Shown here piece by piece: positions 49,401 to 61,069 of a stretch of 64,000 bases of DNA. A model generated the notes under the pieces. It was not told the DNA's origin. It did no database searches and saw only the letters and a program-made list of their open reading frames with translations. Source of the stretch: Azolla caroliniana (lineage: Eukaryota; Plantae; Polypodiophyta); contig JBHGNT010000003.1 of the NCBI GenBank assembly GCA_043228905.1, positions 20,522,001 to 20,586,000 on the forward strand, written 5' to 3'. How positions within the stretch are numbered: the first letter of the stretch is position 1; each line of letters starts with the position of its first letter. The position numbers and the translations under genes were made by a program.

Positions 49401-52400
49401 TTACTTCCTTCGGGAGAAGGCTGAAGCTTTTAAAATCTTCAAAAGATGGCATAAGTTTGTTGAGCGAGAGTCCGGAAAGTTAGTGAAGGAGTTACGCTCT
49501 GATCGAGGTGGAGAATTCTTATCAATAGAATTCTGTGAGTATTGCAAAGAGCATGGAATTAAGCGCCAACTTACAACTGCCTACACCTCACAACAAAATG
49601 GTGTTGTCGAACGTTGAAACCGAACAGTTGTCGAGATGGCTAGGTGTATGTTGAAGGCACAAGCGCTGCCTGACCCATTCTGGGCTGAAGCAGTGAATAC
49701 AGCAGTTTACATCCTCAATCAGAGCTACACAAAGGCACTTCAAGGGAAAACACCCCAGGAAGCTTATTCAGGCAAGAAACCTTCAATGTTGCACTTCAGA
49801 ACCTTTGGGTGTATGTGCTATGCACATGTTCCAGATGTGAGCAGAAAGAAGTTGGATGCTAAAAGCAAGAACTGTATCTTTCTCGGATATAGTGAAGAGT
49901 CAAAGGCCTATCGACTCTACGATCCAGAGGCAAGAAAGATATTGACAAGCCACGATGTGGTGTTTGATGAAGAACAACCACAGCTAGCTGAGAACAGCGA
50001 TTCTCAAGTTATCTCATCAACTGAAAAGGTATTTTACCCAATCCCGACCCATTGTCCAGAAAAGGAAGCTGAACCATCTGATGGTAATGGCTCACTAGTT
50101 CAGCCTATGCCAGTCCCACATGTAAAGAAAATACCTAAGTGGGCTCAACAACTCTTCAATGACCGTACTCCTAAAGTTGAGTTTCCTGAAACTTCAACTG
50201 ATGGATTTCGAAGATCAAGAAGAATACAGGAGCAAGGGAGAACCTCTGACCACATTGTCAACATGGCTCTGATGGACATCATCGGCTCAGTGAGTGAGCC
50301 GACCTCGGTGGAGGAAGCCATGGCCAACCCGAAGTGGAAAGAGGCGATGATATCAGAATATGATAGCATCATGAAAAATGACACGTGGGAGTTGGTAGAG
50401 AGGCCAACAAAGAAGAAGGTGATAGGCACGAAGTGGGTGTGGAAAGTAAAGTATAAAGCTGATGGTTCTTTGGAGAAATTCAAGGCCAGGCTAGTAGCCC
50501 AAGGATACTCCCAAATTGAAGGGTTCGATGTACAAGAAACATTTGCCCCGACAGCTCGCATGACAACAATTTGAATGGTCATAGCGTTGGCCGATTTACC
50601 AAATGGATGTCAAATCGGCATTTCTGAATGGGCATCTCAAGGAGGTATACGTGATGCAACCACCGGGGTTTGAGATGCCGAATTCAGAAAACAAAGTATG
50701 CAAGCTGAAGAAGGCGTTGTATGGTCTAAAGCAAGCACCAAGAGCTTGGAACAAGAGGATAGACAGCTTCTTACGATCAATCGACTTTAAGCAATGTGCT
50801 TCGAATGCTAGTATGTATGTCAAAATGAAGGACGGGAAACAAGTCATCATCATCATTTACGTGGATGACCTAGTTCTTACTGGTGACCACCATGACGAGT
50901 GCATTGGCCAAACACAAGAGTGTTTGAAAACTGAGTTTGAAATGACAGACTTGGAGATTCTACACTACTTCCTTGGAATTGAGGTTTGGCAAACTTCAGT
51001 TGGCATCTTCATGTCACAAAGAAAGTATGCAACAGAGATCTTGAAGACCTTTGGGATGATGGACAGCAAGTCGAAGTCAACTCCAATGGAGTCAAACTGC
51101 GAACTATCCCAAGAAGACCCATCACCAATGGCTGACATAAGGAAGTATAGACAGCTAGTAGGAAGTCTAATTTTCCTATGCAACACTAGACCGGATATTT
51201 GTTTTGCAGTCAGTGTGGTGAGTTGATTCAGCAACAAGCCAAAGGAGACTCGTTGGAAAGCTGCTCTTCGTGTATTAAAGTACATTGTGGGTACTTTAAA
51301 TTACGGAATCTTCTACAAGCCAACAATTGACGAACTTAGTGGGTATTGCGACTCTAACTGGGCTGGAGATAGTGATTCCAGAAAATCAGTTTCTGGATAT
51401 TGTTTTTCAATAGGTTCTGGAGCTGTTTCATGGAGTAATAAAAAACAACCAACAATGGCACTATCTTCAACGGAAGCAGAATACAAAGCAGCATGCATAG
51501 CGGCATGCGAGGTAGTTTGGCTAAGAAGAATCCTTACGGATGTGGCATTTCCAATAAGGACGGCAACGGTATTGAGGTGTGACCATCAGAGTTGCATGGC
51601 CATTGCCAAGAACCCCGTATTTCATGCACATACTAAACACATAGAGATTCAATATCACTATGTGCGGGAGCTAATAAATGATGAGACTGTGGAGCTTGAG
51701 TATTGTCCGACATCAGAAAATGCTGCGGATATCTTCACAAAGGCACTTGGAGCAGAACAGTTACAACAACACCTTCGACGACTAGGAGTTGGCCCAATTC
51801 CAAGTGAACTCAATGGGTTGATCATTGAGGGGGCGTGTTAGATATAATCAATGATCAGCCCCAAGTTGTAAATCTATCCCCATATGTGCTCTTAGAGTGC
51901 ACATTTTGTGATAGCGCCCCAAATGAGGAGCGGCTAGAGTGCAACTCGACCATATGGGTCGATAAGGTGTTAATCTAGGAAACCGTAGATGCGTAGGACA
52001 CAATGTATTTAGGAAAGAGAGAAATAGGTAATAGGATTGGCTAATCAAGTCAACTAGAATATTTTGTGGGCAAGTTACGATGTACTTAGGCTTGAAGTAT
52101 GCGTCATTGACTTCAAGATAAGTACTATCTAGCACTAGCCTGTACCTAGGGAGTTGGTCATATTAAATGACAAGTCAATTGACCGAAAAGGAATATCTCC
52201 ACTACTATCAACTGACTTGCACATTTAATGTTATACTTAGACCAAACATAGAAAGCAATCCACTTTCTTTTCACAGTGGTTGGCTTGATTATCAGTCCCT
52301 GCTAATTTTGTAGTGAGCTGGTCCATATCCTATCTAAGCCATAAGGTGTGAGTGCATGGGAAAACTACCATTGTGAGCTACTCTCATATGTAATAGAAGT

Positions 52401-52864
52401 TTTGTTTTCATATATCCCATCTCTGTAGTTGTAACTCTATATACCTATCTAATCGATTCTCAATATTTCTAACAATGGGCACAGCTGATTATCCATGGCT
52501 TCTAATTATTAGTTCATCTAAAGGCATAAACATTCTTCTTATTTGCATCATAAGTATTTCCAATTCTCTTTATCTCCCATTTCAATGCTATTTTCCATTA
52601 GCCAAGCACCAGAATTGTCATCCCTTCTCATTCAACATCCTCCTTAAATATGATGATTCTTAAGGAATTGTCAAATAGCATCAATTCAGCAGGATGAGCA
52701 AACAATCTCAGTTACAAGAAACGTCCATTAACTATTAAACTATTTACTTGAACTTCATTCGCAAACAGATAGACTACATAAGTAAGAGAAGGAGTTTACC
52801 TCTTGATTCCAGCATCAGAGATGTCTGTATGTGGCGGATCAAAATTGGTACCAAAATAGCTCAT
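40451..52864 (-). CDS. Clade F protein phosphatase 2C (WIN2/PP2C59-like), 282 aa, 8 coding exons, ~10-kb first coding intron
   Basis: Exons 52864-52800, 42735-42608, 42528-42430, 42319-42161, 42073-41987, 41906-41815, 40772-40698, 40594-40451 (849 nt); GT-AG and in frame. Motifs SYG....[68 protein letters not shown]. Probable 5'UTR donors at 53792 and 54141. Confidence 0.92.
43119..43530. repeat. Diverged ~216-bp tandem duplication (intronic)
   Basis: aagagagcatt...ttgcttgtcttcttattctt...catttctgtca at 43119 and 43335. Confidence 0.8.
45720..45945 (+). mobile_element. Degenerate RTE-X-like LINE 3' end (intronic)
   Basis: [15 protein letters not shown] ... LECLTYE remnant. Confidence 0.5.
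47024..52474 (+). mobile_element. Full-length Ty1/Copia LTR retrotransposon, disabled
   Basis: 639-bp LTRs 47024-47662 and 51836-52474 (TG...CA, ~9 mismatches by eye). PBS TGGTATCAGAGC (tRNA-iMet) 47663-47674; PPT TTGAGGGGGCG 51825-51835; TSD ATGAG/ATGGG. Order gag ([14 protein letters not shown]), protease (WILDSGAS), integrase, RT (YVDDL), RNaseH. Confidence 0.97.
47768..51841 (+). pseudogene. Copia gag-pol pseudogene
   Basis: ORF broken by frameshifts (~47955, ~50593) and stops ending at 48777, 49617, 50574 and 51226. Confidence 0.9.
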
Positions 52865-54292
52865 ATTTTCTAGCAGCTTCAGCTTCTTTGTTACATAGTT
52901 AATCACAACAACAAGAAGACAGGAAGATATCACAATAAGCTTCTGCAACGCAACAAAAGAGAACATGATCTATTTCTCACAGGAAACAGACATGGATTCT
53001 GAAACAAACTTTTTTTTCTGAACAAAATGCAAATGGAAAATAAACACTGATATCACCATCACAAGCAGCTTCAAAGAAACAAAATCTACAAAGTTGAATA
53101 CAGCATTCCTTCCTTCAAAAGAAACAGCCATGAATTACGTTTAACTTTCTGAAGCAAACAGCAATTGCTTCTGTTTAACACTTTACCTTAAAAGAACAAA
53201 ACGAAATTTTTCTCTATGGAAATATAAATGCAAAAGAAACACTCATATCAACATCATAAGCTGACATAAAGAAAAAATGGCTACAAAAACACTGCATTTG
53301 ATTCTTCATACAAAACAGAGATGGATTCTGTTTAAAATTACCTAGAATTACAGAATCAGCCTTCTTTTTTTAATAAAAGAAAGCAGATGGGAAAGAAAAC
53401 TAAATAATCATGCATGCTTCAAAGAAGAAATAGAAGAGATGCAAATAGAAAAGAAAAGCTGATAAGAAATGAACCCTACGGAAGATACTACAAAAGCTAT
53501 AAAGAAATACTGCATTTCATTGCTTAAAAGATCAGAAAAAAACACGGATTCTGTTCTGTACTCTTACGAGTGATAATATTCTTCATTAAGCTCCTAATCA
53601 TTCATAAAACTCGCTATTTCCCGAGTCAAGAGCTTAAATATACAAGAGGAAGAGAGTTATTTGAATATTTGAATGCTTAAAATATATCAGAAGAACTGCA
53701 GAAACAGCAGGATATTCTTATGAAATGAATGGGAAAGAAAGAGAGAACAAAACATAAATTTGACTGAATATACATGGATAGCATGAACTTACCTTGAGAT
53801 GGGAGCAGATCAAGAGACGCAGAAGAAGAAGAAAAAGATACCATTTAACAAAGTAGTGCAAAAAATCTATAATAAAAACTGCAGAAAAGTCATGAAATTC
53901 TGAAAAAGAATTGAAAATGGACAAACATTATAAGCAGGAATTGGAGAGAATATACAGTGATGACACAACAACAAACTTGAGAAGAATTCGGAGGAGGAAG
54001 AGAAATATCATTAGAAATTCACGAGAAAAGGTGGCTGTAAGAAGAGGTGCAGAAACTCAGTGATACTCCGGAGGAGAGATGCCTCCAAACGGAAGATAGA
54101 AGTTGAGATTATACATACAGAGACGAGAAAAAAGATCTTACCGTGATATCGTGGAAGAAGAAGAAGGAAATGGCGATGGCGAAGGAGGCAGAGACGAGAA
54201 ATCGAAGGAACATGAGAGGAACGGATTGGGGGGAGGTGAGGAAGCTAAAACAAACAGAAGAAGAAGAAGAAGAAGAAGAAGAACTGCAGCAG

Positions 54293-54330
<38 letters not shown>

Positions 54331-54459
54331 TTCTTCAAAAGCTGATCGTCCGTCGGATCGTGCGTGCACCAGGAGAATCGACGGCCCAGATTATCTCCTT
54401 TTTCAAATCTAAGGAAACCAAAAAACAACAAAATATATACAAAGCTCCACCTTGAAGTG

Positions 54460-54560
54460 GATGGGCCCACGATTCGCTCGGGCTGACGTGGCATAGGCGC
54501 GGGCTGACGTGGCGGCCTCTCGAGCGCGGGCAAGAGGTGCGGTGGCGCTGATGTGGCAGT
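54460..54560. promoter_or_regulatory. Putative proximal promoter of the clade-F PP2C: two GGGCTGACGTGGC (ABRE/G-box-like) copies, a third degenerate copy, and site II TGGGCC
   Basis: Motifs at 54480-54492, 54501-54513 and ~54546, in a GC-rich patch just upstream of the (GA)n/(GAA)n 5'UTR repeats at 54255-54326. Confidence 0.5.
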
Positions 54561-57329
54561 CGCTATGCTCGTTTCTTTCTTCCTCTCCCCGTGGGGGAAC
54601 GGGCGGGCGGAAAATTCCGTGTTTCTTTTGATGTGCCATGAGATCGGCACGGGCACAAAAGGACGGAGGAAACATGCATATCATCGGGTTTTTTTCCAGC
54701 ATTTAGGGTTTAGGTTTTAATCCGATCGAACTGCCACATGATTGAGAATCCATGCTACTGCAACGTTGGGATTTTTACGTGGACTCTGGAACAACAACAT
54801 TGACATGCTTGTCAACGTCTCTCTATTTGTTGTCGATGATAAGAGCAATGGTGTTGACATGCCAACCTTTCCTGACCAAGGGAAAAAAAAACAAAACAAT
54901 TGCATTGTAATTCATGGTAATGTATGGCATGAGATAAACGTAGATATATTACGAGTTTTTTTTATTACGACCAAAAAGCTCTACTTTGATGTTCGCAATG
55001 CATGGTTTTAAGTGGTTGAACGACCGGTGTGTTTTGATGTGCTAAGCTCTAAACAAAATAACCAGATGAAAATCCACATTCACGTGGGTAAAATAATCAT
55101 ATAATTGGTTGGGTGTATGGGCATGTTCTTTTGTGGCCTTTATGATGTGGAAAGCTTTAGGCCCACATGGCGATCCATGTTGATGTGGTAGAGCTATGGT
55201 CACAGGAAATCACGAAAGGTTGTGTGGATGGATGAGCACCACTACTACTATGGCAAATATGTTGATGTGGCACAAGATCACTAGTTGCAGAAAAAACTAG
55301 AAAATTGGGAAGGTGGATAGAAAAGCATCACTTAAGATTTGATAAGCTTTAGACATCGAAGCACTCATATGAATTTTCAAGTTTACGTGGCAAAAATAGT
55401 CACAACAAAAACTAGGAAAGGTTCTTTGTGGGTGAACAAGCACCATTGATATTCTAGCGAAGATGTTAATTAGCATTAACTCATTGGTCACAATAAATGC
55501 GTGAAAGGTGGACAATAGGGAACCACTTCTTATGTTTGAGTTGTGTGTTGTTTTCTTCCTTCATACGACACTTATCTTTTAACAAAGTTATATCTTTATC
55601 CAAAAATCTCTCTTCTAAGTTCAAATCAACGTCTACTCAATCATATGCAACATGAGTAGAAACAAGAGTAAATTGTTCCTAAGCAAGAAAATCTTAACCT
55701 CGGCTCTTTAATATATCAAGAAATGTATTTAAAAGGTCTTCTTACTTCATGCATGAGTTTATTAAACAAAGGTGAAAAATATGGCAGGGCCAAACACGAT
55801 CCAATTAAATACATTCAATCATCATTCACTTGATATAATGTATTCAAATACCTTAAAGTAGAGCTTAAGACTAGGATGATTTACTTTGGGTAATTGTTCA
55901 TATGGATCAAGGGGTGGGCGTGCTGAAGGGAGGCGGGAGGAGTGTCAAGAGTCTATTACTAATCAATAGACCGAAATAATGTAAAATAAGGTAAATATAT
56001 TGGATAGAAGAACCCATTCCACCCGATCACCCGTGAGCTATGATCAAGACATAGCCAACCTACCAACGACATCCTATACCGACGGATATTAGGATGACTA
56101 ATACCTTGGAAGAGATAACAAGAGGAGGAGGAAGGGAGAGAAGGAGATAGAGAGCATTGTAACCCATTGCAAAATGAGTTATTCATGTCTTCTTAATTTT
56201 TAAGTTTGCACAGAATGGAGAGATTGTGGTTTTAGTTTAATCATTTGTTTCATTTGCGGGTCAAAGAGGCAAGAGATGTGATTGATGTTCAATTTTTTAT
56301 ATATTTTGGGATTTTGTAGTGCACGATGATTATTATGTATGCGGCCCAAGTATGGTTTATTTGGCACACAATGATAAGGTTTATAACATTGATACAAGTT
56401 CATACCTATACAATTTGAAGAACAACCATGGGTTGATTGGTGTTTATGGGGTTAGACTTGATTTTTACATATGACTACTGACCTCTTTTACCATTGTTCC
56501 ATCGAATCTCTTCTATGGCTACCATCTAAGGTTTAGGAATAATGGAAGGTAAATAACTCTACCTATGGATGGTGACAAATCTTGAAGCTTAGTGGGCATT
56601 CTAAATTGTCACTTATAACTAAGGTTTCATTTGGAGAATATTGATTGGGGGCTTAACTTTACGATTATCACTGAAGCGATGTGGACTAGCAACATGCAAT
56701 TGATTATTTTGCATTGTTGAAGTAGAATATGATAGTTATTGTTTCATATAATGTTTTAGTTGCTCATCAAATTTGGGGTTACATGTCTCAAATTTCTCAA
56801 GTTTTGTCACGTTGTTATTTGATGTGAAAACTATGAGCGTTCTCATATAAATTCACACATCTCAATCCAAGATCAAAGATCATTTTTGGATTTTTGAGGT
56901 ATTTGGGATTGAATCATCATTGAGATTTGCACAATGTTATTGTATTCGATGATAGAGTTTGAATTAGGGCATATGTACGAAAGTTGAAGGGAGTATTGAT
57001 GTGGCCATTTCTTTATTGGAGCAAGTAAAAAACCTTTCCTCGGTGGACTATTCATCTTGCATATTGGCACCACTCAATTGTTGTACCATTGTATTGATTT
57101 TTCCACACACATTTATTAATATAATCCTATGTTTTCACCAAAAAATAAGATAGAGAATAAGAGATACCTAAGCTCAAGCTTATATCTTCCTCTAAAAATT
57201 CAAGAAGATTTAGAACAGGCTTGAAAATGTCTAATATAGTTTTATATTACCCTTGGGCACTTGCACACATACATCACTATTTGATCCATTCCTTGGTTGA
57301 CTTCTTTGTTTCCTCTTTTTTGTTGCTTC

Positions 57330-58410
57330 GTTGCGTGAGCACCACCATTCCTCAAAGTGGCAAGTACTTAACATCCTCATGGATGTCAATGATCATTGAG
57401 ACAATTTGTCATCTCTTCTTAAAACCTCTTGCTTTTGAAATATTACACCTGAATCACCCTTCATAGCATCATATTCTCCTTTTAGTGTATGCACCAAAGT
57501 AGCCAAATCTCCTTGACTACATACACAACTAGCAATGGGCGCGGTTCGGTTTCGGTTTCCTGGCCTTGAAACCAAACAAAACTAAACCAAACCATTTATT
57601 TATATTAAAAACCAAACCAAATTGTTTTAATTTTATGAAGCCATTTAAACCGAACTGTTTAGAGCCAAACCGTTTATGAAACATTTAGAACCAAACCAAA
57701 TTTATAAACCTTTAAACCTTCCAAACTTTTAAACCTTTAAACCTTTAAACCAAACCACATAAGCTGAAACCGCTAAACTGTGAAATTCAAAACCAAACCA
57801 AACCAAAACCGATAAGCCGCTAAACCATGAAATTCATAATTGAACCAAACCGAAACCAAACCAGATCATAATATTTGAAACCAAACCAAACGGTTTATTC
57901 ATCTTTGAACTAATAAACCGTTAATCCATGGCTTAACGGTTCGGTTCGGTTTGAACCGAAACCATGCCCATTGCTATACACAACATTCCATTGAATTTGC
58001 TGAAATATCCTTCGACATTTAGTAGTCTACAAAACCCATAAGACTATTGAACGAATCATCTCCCAAACCACCCCATTTTATACTGAATTAATAGGCATAC
58101 ATGGCGACAATTCCTCAACGTATCCTCTTGTATACAATGCAAAGTTAACCTTTTTTTGTCATAATCTTGTAGCTCACCCTTGATATCAACCCACATCATT
58201 CACTCCCATTTATATACTCTAGCAGCCATATACCTCGTGCAAGAGAGGTGAAAACATTTTCCAAACCAATTTAGCGGCCATACATGATGAGAATAGGTGA
58301 TGAAGAGACTCTATCTCTAATCCACAAAAATCACACATCTTATCCACATCCTTACAATACATCCAAACCCAAACAGGAACCATATAATGAACAAGATTAC
58401 TAGAATACAT
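57330..58410 (-). mobile_element. Degenerate L1-type LINE 3' end (zf-RVT), interrupted by a MITE
   Basis: CDFCGLEIESLHHLFSSC..AKLVW zinc-finger motif. Coding-like continuation (LVHTLKGEYDA) beyond the MITE. Confidence 0.7.
57530..57976 (-). mobile_element. hAT-type MITE (TIR TAGCAATGGGC), 447 bp, same family as 16574-17147
   Basis: TIRs TAGCAATGGGC / GCCCATTGCTA. Perfect 8-bp TSD TACACAAC (57522-57529, 57977-57984). Confidence 0.95.
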
Positions 58411-59659
58411 CGAAGGTTAACGTTGAATCAAAATGGTTCATCAATAACTAGTGAACCTACTTATGTAGCACGATCGGACATATGCATATGCATTCTTGGC
58501 ACCTCACATATATGCATGATCACCATGACTTAGCATTCATGCAAATATTTGCAAGGTGATGACATTTGAGAATAAAGTAGATTATTTATAGGTATGTAAA
58601 AGGATAAGTTATTGGTTGAAGCTTTGATATATACAATGGACGTCATGGGTTGAAGTCCATATATGACATTTTTATGATGAGTCATGAGAATAGTATATAC
58701 ACTTATCATATTTAATATATATGTTCATAACACTATCCCCTTTCGGTAACAATTAATTCCACTAGTCACAATGCATGAACTAAGACTTGGTTTATTTGGA
58801 TATCGATGATGAAATTCAACTATAACTTTTGTTTTATTAGTGAGATTCCTGGTCTCGAAAAGTAGCTTTGTCTATGTGTTGAGAACCATTGGTGCATTCA
58901 TGAGACTAAATGGCATAATTGTATAGTTAAAATGACCATATGTGTGAAATGTGCTCTTCCATTCATCGTCCTATGAATCCCAACTAGATTATAAGGTCCT
59001 TGAAGATTGAGATTATGAAACATTTGTCACCACTCAAGTACTCAAAAAAAAGTTGAGATTAGAGGTAAGGAATATTTGTTTCGACTTATGAGTTTGTCTA
59101 AGCCTCAGAAATCTACAACGAAGTGAAGTGACCCATCTTTATTCTTAGTAAAAAGGATTTGTGAACCAACACGAGACATGATTTTCAAAATGAATCCAAT
59201 TGTCAAATTCTCGTCTATGTATTCTTGAAGAAACTTGTGCTCTGATGGCACTAGATTATTGAAGTGGTTCCCATAGTGTGTATTTGCTTGGTTGAACTTT
59301 GAAGATCAATTGGGAAATCATGAGGTTTGATGTTTTAGGATCATATTAGCCTTGTCCTTATCAAAGACATATTTGAATTCTTGATATGTGGTTGGAAATG
59401 GGATTTTTGGTTTTTGTAAATTGGAATAACATTGATGCTTTTAAGCTCTTTAGTGTCTAATCAACACTTGTATATTTTTCTTTATTCTTTGTGGGTTTTC
59501 ACCTCACTTTGGGGTTTTCACTAGTAATAAAAGTGTTAAAAAAAACAAAATTTGGAATAACATTGTTACAACCGAAAATATAAACGTTTCTTCTTTTTGT
59601 CCCATTTTCAAGTAACCTTTGTAGATAGATTGCTGAGATCTGAACTTGAGATTGGAAAA

Positions 59660-61069
59660 ACATGGAAGCTCACGAATTTGTTTTGGACAACACTTGCACA
59701 ATCCTCAACTCTAATAACTCGTGCACCAATGCCACATCTCACATTGTAGTAAGTGTGTGAGGTAAGGCATATGGAAGACAATGGAATGGGCTATAACATT
59801 TAAGGATTATGTTTTTGTATTCAACAAAGACTATGATTTTGTCTTAGGTGCAACATATATATTATAATGTGTGAAGCATGAGCCTCCATACTTTTCCCAT
59901 GTTGTGATACGTTGGTGGTGCAAAAAAGCCTTATTCACAGAGGAATATATTGATGCATCATGACACAAGTGTATTGCATTCTATCTTCCAAACTAAATTT
60001 CTAGATCGTGCATCTAACATGAACACAAAAATTTGCTTGTATGTCTTTTTTGGACCTTTTTGTTTGCTTCCCATGTGATTCTTGGAAGTCAATGTGATGG
60101 GCTTTTTTGAAGCTTATGCATGTATTCAAAACCCCCTTCCATAACCATTATCTCACTTGGAAGGAATCTCATCTCAAAAAGTAAGAGGCTATATGACATG
60201 TGTTTATTGACTTGGAGAAACTTTGTAAGAAAAATCTAGGTATTTATTGAGGACCCAAATTTTAATTTCTCCACCATTTCATGTGTTCTTGATTGCATAA
60301 TATGAGCTCTTTCATTCTTCTAAGCATAGAGTAGCACATTCATTTCATCCATGATCTGAGGTAACTCCAAGGGCAAAGTATTTAAGTCTATCCATATTTT
60401 AAGTGGTTCATTATTATATATAATGTATGGATTATCCTTATTTTGGTTATTCACAAGTATAATCTTCATGTTAGAGATATCAATACTCAACTTTGTTTCC
60501 ATGCAAAATGTTGGGATAACTAGTTCCTCCGGAGGGGATGGATCTAAGAGCCAAATCGAATGTAGATCCAAATTGGATGTCAATCGGCTGAGAGCTGAAT
60601 GACGATTAGGTTGTAGTTGATTAGAGGCCACATCTGTAAATAGCCCATAGGGTGTATGAGTATAAATACACCTAGGGCAAATCATTATAAAATGTTGTAA
60701 TCATTGTATGTACAGTTAGTGTGAGAGTGTTGTAACCATCTATAAGACGAAGTCGAGCTCAAGGTCGTTGCCTTAGAGTCTCTTGTACTCTCATCCATAT
60801 AGTGATTCTGTTTGGAGTCTATGGGCTCTCGTGGTTTTTCCCATTCAGGGTCTTCCACGTTAATAATTGGTGTCTCTGTGTCGGTGTTTTCTTCTGTCTT
60901 CGTTGCTTTAGGTTATTGTCTCTTAGTCTTGCTTGAAATTGGTTGTGGGTGGTAACATATTCATCACAAAATTCTTCAAATGTCCTCATAAGCTTTTGTG
61001 CATCTCCTAAAGCATTTGCAAAAAGCACCACATCATCTGCATAAAATAAATGCACGATGACAACATTCT
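59660..61069 (-). mobile_element. Degenerate RTE-X-like LINE, host of nested LTR insertions
   Basis: NVVIVHLFYADDVVLFANALGDAQKL RT motif and CKCCPKQIRE finger. Colinear with 19960-21530. Confidence 0.85.
60509..60966. mobile_element. Solo LTR, 458 bp
   Basis: TGTTGGGATA...ATTCATCA with perfect 5-bp TSD CAAAA (60504-60508, 60967-60971). LINE RT coding (EEF|CMETK) rejoins when it is removed. TATAAATA at 60661. Confidence 0.9.

Noticed and set aside
54103-54702. Short ORFs upstream of the PP2C
   Set aside because: They are products of (GA)n/(GAA)n tracts and the GC-rich promoter/5'UTR, with no domain evidence.
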